A DNA stretch of 64,000 bases from Octopus vulgaris (lineage: Eukaryota), in NCBI GenBank assembly GCA_951406725.2, contig OX597814.1, positions 137,578,001 to 137,642,000 of the forward strand. The letters are read 5' to 3'. The position numbers and the translations under genes are program-made. The notes beneath the pieces are model-generated. The model had not been told where the DNA came from. It ran no database searches and worked only from the letters and a program-made list of their open reading frames with translations. This document shows positions 24,723 to 36,277 of this stretch, one piece after another (the stretch's first letter is position 1; every line of letters starts with the position of its first letter).

Positions 24723-25374
24723 ACTTCTGCCTGTCTTCCCCCGCCCCCCCATTTTCTCTCAAATTTGTTTATTAAAAATTTTTTTTTTTGCCAAAAATCC
24801 CCATTTTTGGATACGGAGGTTCTGGAAAATTGCCCAAAATTGGCATTGTGAAAATGTTTCCCCTGTTTCCCACCCAACTTCTTCAATTTTGACTTTTTTC
24901 TGCAACACTAACCCTAAAACCCTAACCCTAACCTTAACCCTAAAACCCTAAAATACTAATCCTAACCTAACCCTAAAACCCTAAAACACTAACCCTAACC
25001 CTAACCCTAAAACCCTAACCCTAACTGTAACCCTAATATTAAAACCATAATTGTAAGTACAGAAATGTTTTGAAATTTTTGTCCGAATCCTAATGTCCGT
25101 ATTTTCCCGCATATTCAGAAAAGAAAAAATTCTTAAAAAAAAATTTTACAAAGATTTTTGGAAATTTTTTTCAGAATCATAATCTCTGTATTTTTCTGCA
25201 TATTCTGAAAAAGTTTTTAAAAAATGAAGGAAATGGTGGTGGAGATGGTAATTTAGAAATGTCGATTTTGCCAATTTTTTTGCAGATTTGTATTCTCCGA
25301 AGCTGAAAAGGGGTGGTTTGTGTCAAAAAAAAAGTTTTAAAAAAGGGTGGTTGGGGGTGGGGGAAGGCGGAAGT
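24723..25374. mobile_element. Putative MITE/DNA element carrying an interstitial telomere-like array
   Basis: Imperfect terminal inverted repeats acttctgcc(tgtc)ttccccc / gggggaaggcggaagt. Confidence 0.45.
24908..25036 (+). repeat. Degenerate (CCCTAA)n/(CCCTAAAA) telomere-like array
   Basis: ctaaccctaaaaccctaaccctaacc... over ~130 bp. Confidence 0.9.
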
Positions 25375-25789
25375 CTTGCTCATTTTTGTTACTACATTGT
25401 ATATATATAAATTTTTATACTCACAAATACATATATGATAATAATGCTCATCCATCATTGTCAACAATGACCAAGAACATCACATGGGAGAAGATGGATC
25501 ACAGTGCATCCAGTAGAGGTTAATCAGTCCAAAGCATGCTTGGCAGTCTCTACTGTAAGTCACACAAGTGGGAATGAAGGCAAGGAGTTGGCTCTGGACT
25601 TGTGCAGCCCATGACATTTTTTGTGGTCCTGCAATCTTGTTCTGCTCATAGGAAGTGGCACACACACACACACATACACACACACACGCACATACACACA
25701 AACACACATGCACACACACACACACATACACACACACACAAACACACACACACACACACACACAGTTATATACTATTAATTGTTCCAGA

Positions 25790-26160
25790 TATTGGAGTGT
25801 GGCCATGCTAGCCATTGCTTTGAAGGGTTTAGTCAAGCAAACTGTCACCAGGTCTTATTTTTAGGTTAGGTACTTATTCTATTAGATCTCTTTTGCCAAA
25901 CTGCTAAGTTATGGAGATATAAACAAACCAACCAATTATTAAACAGTGTTGGGGAACAAACAAATGCATGCACAGATAGATACAGATATGGATAGATACT
26001 AAGGGACTTCCCACTAGTTTCCATACACCAATCTCACTTACACAGCACTGAGTGGTTCAGGGCTAATGTAGAAGACACTTGCCCAAGGTGCTGGGCAGTG
26101 GAACTGAACTCAAAGCTCTGTGTTTTCAAAGAAAGCTTCTTAATGAAACAGCTATGCCTG
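25790..26160 (-). mobile_element. tRNA-derived SINE, family B (diverged)
   Basis: gaagacacttgcccaaggtgc and ctcttttgccaaactgctaagtta match the reverse complement of 22768-23226. Confidence 0.7.
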
Positions 26161-27719
26161 CACTTATCTGCAAGCACATACATATCTCTAAACACACACA
26201 CACACACATCTATAAACAAACACACACGCCCACACATACATATGAAGAGAAGACTTATGAAGGTGACTAGCAATTTTTTGTGCTTGAAAAATCCCATTTA
26301 CCAAAGTAAAAATGAAGCCCTAAAGGAATGTCACCTATGTCTATGTCCTTGCACCCTATCTGTCCCAGATGAGTCCCCACTACCCATTTTCCCAACACTG
26401 ATCCATCTCACAACTCTTCCTAACAACACTCTCCCAACTCGTTCTCCTAAAACCCACCCTCCCACAACTCCTCCTCTTTCTGACTATAGAACCACTCATT
26501 CAGATGCTGTAATTAAAAGAGTGGAACTGCACATGTTTCATCCCCTACTGCTCACCTTCCCTGGAATCACTTTTTTTCTCTTTATCATCCCTTACTTCCT
26601 TATTTCCAATGAATGCCTTTCACCTCCCCTTCCCCTGCAATCCCCTCATTTTGCCAGTGGCAGCCCTCTCATTACATCTCTCTGTCTCACCATTTCCACC
26701 CCTATATACCTCTGACTTTGCTCCTAACACTGTGCATCTCTCCAACTCATCCACCATTCACTTCACATCATCCTAGCTGCCACCTATTACCTCCTTGACG
26801 TACACTTACTTCCTCCAACTGATATGTTCACTTCTCACTGCATTTGCCGTCTCTCTAGCTACCACTCACACCCACGAACTAACTTACTCACCCACACCAA
26901 TTTATTCATCTTTTTGTGACTCAAGAGCATACCCTGACACATCCACCATTCACCAGGGCAACCATGTATCTCTCCTACAACAAAACACCTGTTCCTTTGT
27001 TTCCTGTCACACTCTAACCTCTCATCACTTGGTGTAAAGGCATTCCTGCTCAAAACTACTCCCTTCCAATTGAAGGGGCTTGTCTCACTAGTTCCAGTAA
27101 AAACAAAAAATATCCAGTATACTTTAGCATTATGGTTGGCATCCAACGATAAAACCTTGCCAAAGCAGACATTGGAACTTGATGCAGTCCTTTGACTCAC
27201 CAGCTCCTGTCAAACCATCCAACCCATGCTAATCATAGAAAATGAACATCAACTGGAGGTGATATATGCATATTTTACACATGAGGAAATCACCTAACAA
27301 ACAGGTTACAAACATTTTCTGAAGGTGTTCAAAGGACAGCAAGTTTAGTTTATATATGTGAAAGCTATATATTTACAACTTATTTGACTAATTCTGTGCA
27401 AAAGCCACAATATACATAATAAGCCTTATTATTCATATTCACTGCAAAAGTTCCTGAAGAACAATATTTGTTGTATACATATGATGAAGAACAATATTTC
27501 TTGTATAGATACTAACATATATTGGTTTTCTGAATTTTCAATTTGTCATTTGAAATTATTTGTTTTTGTTCTGCTTAGTTCAAGATAGGCTTAAGTTGAA
27601 TACAAAATATAGTAGTAGAACAGATGGAATAAGTGTAAATACAAAAAAAACATATAGTGTATTAAATATATATTGATGACACACAGCGTAGTATATATAC
27701 TGAATAGACTTCAAATGGC

Positions 27720-27992
27720 AACCTGTAGGTTATGATGAATATTCCAATTGATCTGATCAATGGAACAACCTGATACACATACCCATAACATAGTTTTCAG
27801 GTAAATTTTGCATGACACAATGTGACAAGGCTGGCCCTTTGAAATACAAGTACTACTCATTTTTGCCAGCTGAGTGAACTGGAGCAACGTGAAATAAAGT
27901 GTCATGCTCAAGGACACAATGCACTGCTGGGAATCGAACTCACAACCTTACAATCATGAGCCAAATACCCTAACCACTAAACCATGCATCCT
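27720..27992 (-). mobile_element. tRNA-derived SINE, family C
   Basis: - strand has A box tggtttagtgg, B box gagttcgattccc, then core tgtgtccttgagcatgacact. Confidence 0.75.
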
Positions 27993-28798
27993 CACCAATT
28001 TATCAATGACAAAAAGGAGAAAATTAATTTGATCATCAGAATTTAGAAACACGAAAACATTAGTTGAGCCTTGTGAGACAAAGAAGACAGCAGAACGAAC
28101 TTTTGAATACAAAAAAATAAGCAGAATGACTCTAGCCAGTGGGAAATAATTTAGTGCTTGTGTTGAATAATTTAAAAAAAGAAAAAAACATATGAAGCAG
28201 AACAACTTCAACTGCTTCAAATGACTAAGTGTTACTCACAAAATGTATATATACAAATACACAGTGTATTATATATATTGATTACTGTAAAACTTGTAAT
28301 GTGTAAGAAAGAGAACAGGCTATAAAATAAATAGCACTACACAATTTTGTAGACAAAGAACACTACCTGAGCCTAAAGCCCTAATTCTTTGTTGTGTTTC
28401 ATACTGGAATTCTATAAAGTGATGTGTAATGTGTTTGCAGGTATCAGTTTAAGTGTTATATCCTAACACCTCCAATATCGTAGTATGGTTGATATTGTCA
28501 ATGATAGATAAAGAATAGACTATAACAGTGTTATAACAAAACAAAATAGAAACAATTGGCAGTAACAAACATGCAACAAACCAACAATCAATATTTACAA
28601 CACACCAACTCGAATTGTAAACTGTATACGGACTTCGAAGACCAAACTACAAACTGCCAACTACATCAGGCCGCTACTATTTATATGTAGTGGTTCTGTC
28701 TATTCTCTTCAGAGGGTGTTGTACTCTTGCCATAGCATCTTCCCACAATCTCTTTTGAGATTTCAAGTTCCAAAGAAATAAAGAAATTTTATTTATTA

Positions 28799-29097
28799 CT
28801 AGCAGTATCGCCCAGCGTTGCTCGGGTTTGTAAGGGAAATAACTATATAAGCATTTTTAGAGAGATACTTCCCTTATATAAAACCGAGTAAAAAATTCAT
28901 TGAAAAAACGAAAAAATGATGGTAAATTTTTTTTTAAATCGTAGATGCGCGCTAATACCTAGAAGGGCTCGATATGAATCACGACTATAAGATACCCGCT
29001 TTTGGTTAAACTGCACCGCAAAATGTGGTAGTAGTTAGGAATCTAAATCGGAGTAGACAGACTCCCACACACACAACTTAAGTTTTATATATAAAGA
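28799..29097 (-). mobile_element. Non-autonomous Helitron, family 1
   Basis: Reverse complement of 10942-11254, with TC start, hairpin and CTAG end. Confidence 0.8.
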
Positions 29098-29099
29098 TT

Positions 29100-29923
29100 A
29101 TTATTTAGTATCTTTTTTGTTTGGGCCTTATCTCAAGGCATTCAGTCTGCTTGTTTTTTCATGCTGGTTCTATGGGACTCCATTACTTTCAGTGTTGGGA
29201 CATTGAATACATCAAAATATACTCCCATAGGAATTTCTCTCCGTTCTTCAGTATATCTCTTTTTTAGCTAATTTATGTCTCTCTTATGTTCCCAGCATGG
29301 TACTTCAATTAAATACACCATACTTCCTACTTTTTTGGTTACAGCGCGATCCTCTCAGCCTTCTTTACCATTTCTGTAGGCTTTAAAATACTCTTTATCT
29401 CCTACTTTGAAATATTTCATTGTATCCTTCATATTTCCTTTACATCTTTTTTTTTCTCTGGCAATAACGTATCAAAAATTGATTTTATTCTTCTTGCGAA
29501 CATCAACTCTGTGGGTCACTTTCCTGAATCTGTACATAGATTGGGGGTTACTCTATATACCCTTAAGAATTTTGTTAGTGCTTCGTAGTGATTTAATTTG
29601 TTCCTAGCTGTTCTTAATGCACTTTTGAACGTGTCCATGAATCTTTCTACCTGCCTATTTGACCTCAGGTAGTAGGGTGGAGTGAAAATATGCTTTATCA
29701 CATGCATTTTACAGAAGTTCTTAAATTCATACCACAAGAATTGCATTCCATTATCAGAAACTAATGTATCTGGAACACTATATCGTACAAACAATTCATA
29801 TAGGAACTTTATAGTTGTTTTAGCAGTTGGTTTATTGCACCTGCATACCTCTAGCCACTTTGTACAGCTGTCTACCATGATTAGATAGTGAGCACCATTC
29901 ACTGGTCTGGTATAGCCAATATA
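29100..29923 (-). mobile_element. Ty3/Gypsy integrase remnant (3' part, interrupted by LINE insertions)
   Basis: GYTRPVNGAHYLIMVDSCTKW..LVSDNGMQF..TPPYYLRSNRQVERFMDTFK..YRVTP (rve DDE core). Confidence 0.9.
29885..29923 (+). repeat. 39-bp target duplication, copy 1 (copy 2 at 30548-30586)
   Basis: atagtgagcaccattcactggtctggtatagccaatata occurs twice, flanking two truncated LINE copies. Confidence 0.9.
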
Positions 29924-30348
29924 AGCCGCTGTCCAGAGACGTGCAACCAAACGCATACCCTCCATCAGACACCTACCATATTCTGAGCGCCTTGTTTCCC
30001 TGGGCATGGATTCACTGAAGCTCCGGCGTTTGGCGAGGGACTTGGTAAACACCCACAAAGTTATCAACCACCTCACCAACAACAACACTGAACACCTTTT
30101 TGATCTCCATGTGTCTAACACACGTGGACATGCCTACAAAGTCAGAAAACAATACAGCTCCCATGACTTTCGGAAACATTTTTTCACGCTCAGAGTTGCT
30201 GAAGCATGGAATAAACTGCCTGCGTCAGTTGTTGACTGCCATGACACTGCATCTTTTAAGGCCCTCATGCTTTCCGAAATCCGCCGAAACTACACCTGAT
30301 TATATATACACTTTAGATGAGTTGTAGTGCACCTGAGCACTGTACACA

Positions 30349-30387
<39 letters not shown>

Positions 30388-30547
30388 ATAATAATAATAA
30401 TATACACGTCAGTTGTTGACTGCCATGACACTGCATCTTTTAAGGCCCTCATGCTTTCCGAAATCCGCCGAAACTACACCTGATTATATATACACTTTAG
30501 ATGAGTTGTAGTGCACCTGAGCACTGTACACAATTATTATTATTATT
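29924..30547 (+). mobile_element. Two tandem 5'-truncated CR1/L2-group LINE 3' ends (~29928-30400 and ~30405-30547)
   Basis: Both end in ..gcacctgagcactgtacacaa(tta)n and are near-identical to the 3' end of the full-length copy. Confidence 0.92.
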
Positions 30548-30581
30548 ATAGTGAGCACCATTCACTGGTCTGGTATAGCCA

Positions 30582-30618
<37 letters not shown>

Positions 30619-30667
30619 TGTGTACAGTGCTCAGGTGCACTACAACTCATCTAAAGTGTATATATAA

Positions 30668-33433
30668 TCAGGTGTAGTTTCGGCGGATTTCGGAAAGCAT
30701 GAGGGCCTTAAAAGATGCAGTGTCATGGCAGTCAACAACTGACGCAGGCAGTTTATTCCATGCTTCAGCAACTCTGAGCGTGAAAAAATGTTTCCGAAAG
30801 TCATGAGAGCTGTATTGTTTTCTGACTGTGTAGGCATGTCCACGTGTGTTAGACACATGGAGATCAAAAAGGTGTTCAGTGTTGTTGTTGGTGAGGTGGT
30901 TGATAACTTTGTGGGTGTTTACCAAGTCCGTCGCCAAACGCCGGAGCTTCAGTGAATCCATGCCCAGGGAAACAAGGCGCTCAGAATATGGTAGGTGTCT
31001 GATGGAGGGTATGCGTTTGGTTGCACGTCTCTGAACAGATTCCAGGAGGTCAATGTTCTGTGCAAGATAGGGGTTCCAAACTGATGATGCGAATTCCAAG
31101 TGTGGTCGTACCATAGCTGTATACAGTTTTAAATAGATGGCTGGAGAGCGGCTAACAAAAGACCTGCTGAGTGATGCCAAGACACCCTCGGCCTTCCTGA
31201 CAATCTTAGAGATATGCTTTGACCAACGCAAATCACTGCTGACAGTGATGCCTAGGTCACGCTCGCAAGAGGATTTCTTGATATCAGTGTTGTGGAGGGA
31301 GTAAGTGAACGCAGGGTTTTTTCTCCCAAAATGCATGGTGGTACACTTGTCCACAGCCAGTTTCAGTTGCCAGTCTGTGATCCATTGCTGCATTGTGTCT
31401 AGGTCTGATTGCAGGAAAGAGTTGTAGACATCAGGATCTGTCCTCTTGATTTCAAGGTACAGCTTGATGTCGTCTGCATATTTCAATACTGTGGCATTCT
31501 TTAAATTGGCATCTATGTCGTTAATGTATGCCACAAACAAGAGGGGACCAAGGACAGATCCCTGTGGTACACCCGATGACATCTCATATGGTGTAGAGTG
31601 CTGCCCTAGAACTGTGACTACCTCCTTTCGGCTGAGGATGAAGGATTTCAACCAGTTAAAAAGGTCATCCCCCACACCCATTGCAGAGAGTTTCACCATA
31701 AGCCTTTTGTGTGGCACAGAGTTGAAAGCCTTAGCAAAGTCAAGGTAGACAACATCCACCCATGAGCCACTGTCAGTAATCTGAGTAATGTCCTCAAGGA
31801 ACTCGACAAGCTGGTCACTGCAGCTGGAGTTAGGGACAAATCCATATTGTGAGGGTCGGATGAGACTGTGAGAGCTCCAGAAGTTCCAGAGTGTTTCTCT
31901 GACACACGATTCCATCAGTTTTGCAATACAGCTAGTGAGACTGACTGGGCGATAGTTGACAGGTGATGTGCGGTTGCCCTTTTTGAACAGAGGAATGACA
32001 CTGGCAGTTTTCCACTGCTCCGGAGTAGCACCATTGTTGAGACAGTACTGGAAGAAAATAGAAAGCTGGTGTAAAAGGAAGTGCCTGCCACGTTTGAGAA
32101 GCAGGTATGTAACTCCATCGAGACCAGGGGAGGCATAGTTGCGCTTATTTTGAAGGTGACGTCGCAGCATTGCAGGTGTAAATTCCATAGTTGTTATGGA
32201 GTTTGCTGTTAGTGATGGTGAAGATGGTGCATTTTGACTTTCAACAGTGAATATGTTTGCATAGCACTCGGCAATGAGTTCTGCGCATTCCTTGGGGTCG
32301 TCAGTGATCTGGTTTGTGTGAGGGTTGCGAAGAGGGCCCACTGGAGAGTGAGGTTTCTGCTTTGAGTGCACATATTTCCAGAAAACCTTGCTGTCAGGAT
32401 TGGCTGCTATGCACTGTTCAAATTCAAGCACTGCTTTTTTTGTCACTTGCTTGAGATGGTTGGAGGATTTATTCCGCTTCTTCCTGTTGGTGTCTGATTT
32501 ATGCAACCTGTATTCCCGTTCAGCAGTCCGACGTTCCCTCCTGGCAAGTCGGACCGCTGAAGTTTCCCAAATTGCCCTTTTGGGGCGGTTCTTCTTTTTT
32601 TGTTTACGTGGCACTGATGCTGCACATGCTGCCCATATTGAGTCCAGGATACTCTGGAGTATAGTATTCACATCTCCAGAGTTGTAGAATTCACGCCAGT
32701 TTGGGTGCTGTAGTTCAGTGTGGTACAGGTTCCAATCTGCTCTCTTCCAATCGAAGGAAGCAGATTGGAGATGGTTCAGGTTTTTGTTGCCTGCAAGAGC
32801 CAGATTGGCGATGATCATAGCATGATCAGAGTCACCTAGAGGTTCCTCCGTAGTGCAATTGATAACCGCTTCAGGAGTTGTGGTGAAGAGCAGGTCCAAG
32901 GTGTTGTCGCCTCTTGTTGGAGAGGTGACTACTTGTGACCAGTTTGAGTCCAGCACAAGCTCAACAAAATCGTTTGCACTCTGTGGCCAATGGAAGGTCT
33001 CCCAATCGATCTCAGGATGATTGAAATCGCCTGCAATAAACACATAAGTGGCTGTTTTCCTGGCAGCAACTCGGAGGACATTGCAAAGCTGTGTGTCCCG
33101 ATGGTAACTTGGGGGACGATAAACAACGCCAAGCAGGAGTGTTGACATGGTCATACGCACGTCACAGAAAAAAACTTCTTCTTGTGATTCGTTCAAATCG
33201 GCACAAGGAATTACCAAAAAATTTGAACGAACATAGACCATCACACCACCACCACGGCGGTTAGTGCGGTCCTTACGGAAGAGGTTGTACCCCGTAATGT
33301 TGAAAACCCCATCACAGAGTAAGGAATGCGCCCATGTTTCCGTGACAGTGATGAAGTCAGGGTCAACACTTCTGACGTAGGCGTTGAACAAATGTATTTT
33401 GTTGCATAAACTGCGAGCATTTAAGGACAACAA
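30668..33433 (-). CDS. LINE ORF2: APE endonuclease plus reverse transcriptase, 921 aa, intact, no initiating ATG
   Basis: LNARSL, VTETW, AGDFNHP, LDLLF, SDH (APE); NYRPVSL, YLDFAKAFNSV, GVPQGSVLGPLLF, YADD (RT); CR1-type tail FFTLRVAEAWNKLP. Confidence 0.95.
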   Translation of the reverse strand: MLSLNARSLCNKIHLFNAYVRSVDPDFITVTETWAHSLLCDGVFNITGYNLFRKDRTNRRGGGVMVYVRSNFLVIPCADLNESQEEVFFCDVRMTMSTLLLGVVYRPPSYHRDTQLCNVLRVAARKTATYVFIAGDFNHPEIDWETFHWPQSANDFVELVLDSNWSQVVTSPTRGDNTLDLLFTTTPEAVINCTTEEPLGDSDHAMIIANLALAGNKNLNHLQSASFDWKRADWNLYHTELQHPNWREFYNSGDVNTILQSILDSIWAACAASVPRKQKKKNRPKRAIWETSAVRLARRERRTAEREYRLHKSDTNRKKRNKSSNHLKQVTKKAVLEFEQCIAANPDSKVFWKYVHSKQKPHSPVGPLRNPHTNQITDDPKECAELIAECYANIFTVESQNAPSSPSLTANSITTMEFTPAMLRRHLQNKRNYASPGLDGVTYLLLKRGRHFLLHQLSIFFQYCLNNGATPEQWKTASVIPLFKKGNRTSPVNYRPVSLTSCIAKLMESCVRETLWNFWSSHSLIRPSQYGFVPNSSCSDQLVEFLEDITQITDSGSWVDVVYLDFAKAFNSVPHKRLMVKLSAMGVGDDLFNWLKSFILSRKEVVTVLGQHSTPYEMSSGVPQGSVLGPLLFVAYINDIDANLKNATVLKYADDIKLYLEIKRTDPDVYNSFLQSDLDTMQQWITDWQLKLAVDKCTTMHFGRKNPAFTYSLHNTDIKKSSCERDLGITVSSDLRWSKHISKIVRKAEGVLASLSRSFVSRSPAIYLKLYTAMVRPHLEFASSVWNPYLAQNIDLLESVQRRATKRIPSIRHLPYSERLVSLGMDSLKLRRLATDLVNTHKVINHLTNNNTEHLFDLHVSNTRGHAYTVRKQYSSHDFRKHFFTLRVAEAWNKLPASVVDCHDTASFKALMLSEIRRNYT

Positions 33434-33489
33434 TTTGTACCCTGCTCGCAGTTTATGATGGTGTGTAGAGGATGGCAGGTTGTTCTGGC

Positions 33490-34269
33490 TTAGTTTCCCT
33501 GAGTTGCTGTAGTCTTTTTAGTTATTGTGGGTAGAGAGCACTCAGACCAGCTGGTATCTCTCTTCCACGTTTCAGCAGTCTTGACAAATCTCCAGATTTG
33601 TCCATCTTCCCGAAGACTGAAGCTTTCCTGTAGAGCTGAGTTCCTATTCAGGGAAGCCACTACACGTAGCTTCGGACGGTAAGCCTGGGCGTGTTCGGAA
33701 GGTGGTCCGATTTTCCCGCCCAGCTTTAACTGAGGCCAGATGGTAAGAGGTTACCTCAGTGGGGTCCGTAAAAGACAACTTGATGAGCCTAGGTTTTGGG
33801 CCAGGTCGTCCAAGGCGGATAGCACCCGTTGGGGGAACGCAGCCTAGGTCTTTGGCTGAGTTGGCAGCAAAAGCCTGAAGATCAGCCATGTCTTCTGGTA
33901 CCCCAATGGCAATGACTTCATGGGTGGCAGAATCCGCGGTCTTAAATGCGACAAGAGGTACAGGTACAGGGAGGTTCTTTAGCAGAGCATTCCGATAAGA
34001 CCCCTCATTGTGGAGTCCAACCTGAATGGTTGCTTTTATTCCTGCTACTTCCCCTTTTAAAGCACAGATCGATTGTTGCAGTTCTGCAAGAACCGCACTG
34101 GTCAATTGGTGTTGTTGTTGTTGCTGCTGTTGCTCTGGTTGTGGTTGATTTTGTTGTTGCTGTTGTTGTTGTTGATGTTGTTGTTGCTGCTGCTCTGGTT
34201 GTGGTTGATTTTGTTGTTGCTGCTGCTCTGGTTGTGGTTGATTTTGTTGTTGCTGCTGCTGCTGCTCTA

Positions 34270-34302
<33 letters not shown>

Positions 34303-34695
34303 CTGGTTGTGGTTGATTTTGTTGTTGCTGCTGTTGCTGTTCCGCCTCCTCCACGGGAGTGGCAGGGGGAGACACAATCGTCGGTTGTGGAGGCACGCAG
34401 GCCTGACACTGAAAAGTCTAAGATTTAAGCTGAACCATCTTCCAGAGTCTATCCATCATAGCATTATGATGGCTCTTTTTTGGCCTGGGATCTTCTGAAA
34501 GTCCGTGGCACATTGGAGGCAGACAGAGATGAGACATGTCCCACATTCGACCCAGCGATTACGGAACGTATTTTCGGGTTCCGTACAGATGTGGCAGGTG
34601 TGATTTTCTGGGCAGTGTTCTATTTTAGAGCAGCGACCAGTCTTATCGCACGCCGCTATGGATTTCACCATGGCGATTCTGTTGGTTCTGGTCAT
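33490..34695 (-). pseudogene. LINE ORF1, disrupted: PHD-like finger, poly-Q linker, coiled coil, C-terminal domain
   Basis: CHIC..WVECGTC...CLQC in one frame; KS*TFQCQAC, the poly-Q region and RLG..KPRLIKLSF in a second frame; an open tail ending QGN* at 33490 in the third frame; requires two frameshifts and one stop. Confidence 0.75.
34108..34340 (-). repeat. Coding tandem repeat (Q)n-NQPQPE within ORF1
   Basis: Repeated ctctggttgtggttgattttgttgttgctg units. Confidence 0.9.
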
Positions 34696-35337
34696 CCGTA
34701 GAGACAGAAAATGTAAACAACAATACGATAAAAGTAAAATATAAAATATTTGTTTTTGATTCGTTCTTTTTTGTGTATATTCCTTGTTCTTAAATATTGT
34801 ATGTGTATATACACATGTTTCGTTCTTTTTTGTGTATATTCCTTTTTTTCTTAAATATTGCGTGTGTATAGATAAAAGTATTTGTGCGTATAGACACGGA
34901 GAAAGTTTGTAAACAGAAATGAAATTTTTGATTTTTTTGCAGTGTAGTCCGTCACATTAAATAGTGTGATTTATTTTTACTCTGCACGTATATACATGTG
35001 TGCTACAAGTATCTATGTATGTATGTATGTCACTGCTTTATAAATTTTGGACGTACTTACTGTCGTTCAACGATTTCTTTTACCCTCAACTACACGTGGT
35101 GAATTCTTCCATTGTAGATCTGTGGTGGTCATCGTCGTAATATTTTCTCTTTAGTTTCCTCGCCAAATTGATTATACCCTAATCAAACCATTTGTTTGTC
35201 TACTTGTGAATGTGTCTTTGTTTTAGTAACATTGTATTTTCCTCCTTTTCCTTTTTCATTCCCATATTATATGGAACTTCGGTGGACAGCTACTCTAAGA
35301 CTCCAGCTGCCAGGTCGCCGTGCACTATGACTATGAC

Positions 35338-36277
35338 ATATGTAACCTAGACCATAGGTTCTCAGTCTCTGGCCACAATTGATACTTTACTGGCAGGGCT
35401 TTGGCCATGCGTGAGCAACTTCAACAATTCCTTACCAAATTTCCGATATCCCAGTCCATAGTCAGCCAATAGACAGCTCCTCATCAAAACTTTCATCTCC
35501 TACATTCTCAGGTGCCTGCTGTGGAATTGTTGCAATATACATTTTTGTAAAGTAGTCGGTACTACCACTCTTTGTGCATACATCAAAATATCGTCACATA
35601 TTGAGAAACTACATGAATTTGTATTTTTATTTTTTAAAAAGCTTCTTTCATTTTTGTAATATTCTAATCACCTACAGATTTCATTCTTACATCCTGTGCA
35701 GTCACTGGCAGTTCTTGGATAACATTAGTCATAATACATTTTATTTCATTTTCTGTCTGCAGTGCAGCTAACATGGTATCTTCTAGTAGTTCCATGTTTT
35801 TGTAAATTATCCTTGATAGACAGCCACATGAGCAATTTTTTTGATGAAATCTACTGCATTTTGAAATTGTAATTTAATAGTATTATACCCCAATGTTAGA
35901 ATATTTCTTATTTCTTCAAACGCATTTTGGCATTTAACTGACCAATTCCACTTTACTTCCTTTTTTAATAAGTCATTCAATAGCACTCTTAATTTGTGCA
36001 TGTTCAGAATGTAGTTTTGGTAGTAGTTTGCCAGCCCAAGAAACGCTTGTAATGTTGGTATATTTGTCAGAGCAGGTATATTCTTTATTACATCTGCCCT
36101 TGACGGATCAGGCTGTCTACCATTTTTATCAACTACTTGTCCTAAGTACTTAATTTGAGGCAAAGAGAATTCAAATTTTTCTTCACTCAAAGTGAATTCA
36201 TACTCTTTAATTTTCTTGAACACAGCTTTTATATGCTCTACATACTGTTCATGTGAATTACTCTTAATCAATATATC
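35338..36277 (-). mobile_element. Ty3/Gypsy pol remnant (RT end to integrase N-terminus), 5' continuation of 29100-29923
   Basis: IKYLGQVVDKNGRQPDP..LQAFLGLANYY..LLKKEVKWNW; WPETENLWSRLH at the LINE junction. Confidence 0.9.

Larger units (their letters stand above)
30587..35337 (-). mobile_element. Full-length CR1/L2-group LINE (~4.75 kb): 5' UTR, PHD-finger ORF1, APE-RT ORF2, (TTA)n tail
   Basis: Tail at 30587-30618; the Gypsy host reading frame (WSRLH|IGYTRP) resumes at ~35338, which fixes the 5' end. Confidence 0.92.

Noticed and set aside
24908-25036. True telomere or chromosome fusion site
   Set aside because: Short, degenerate, single orientation and embedded in repeat DNA
27880-27992. 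tRNA genes at SINE heads (also 22768 and ~42990-43063)
   Set aside because: A and B boxes are present but no clean cloverleaf; each continues into a SINE body
28266-28470. Possible 3' LTR of the Gypsy remnant; LTR-like segments also at ~43600-44030 and ~46200-46800
   Set aside because: TG..CA-like ends and PBS-like words are visible, but there is no second copy in the window to confirm boundaries
29516-30121. 201-aa ORF as a single gene
   Set aside because: Chance fusion of antisense LINE sequence with the Gypsy integrase remnant across the insertion junction
33946-34498. Val/Ala-, Leu- and Thr-rich ORFs
   Set aside because: Antisense or alternative frames of the poly-Q repeat in LINE ORF1
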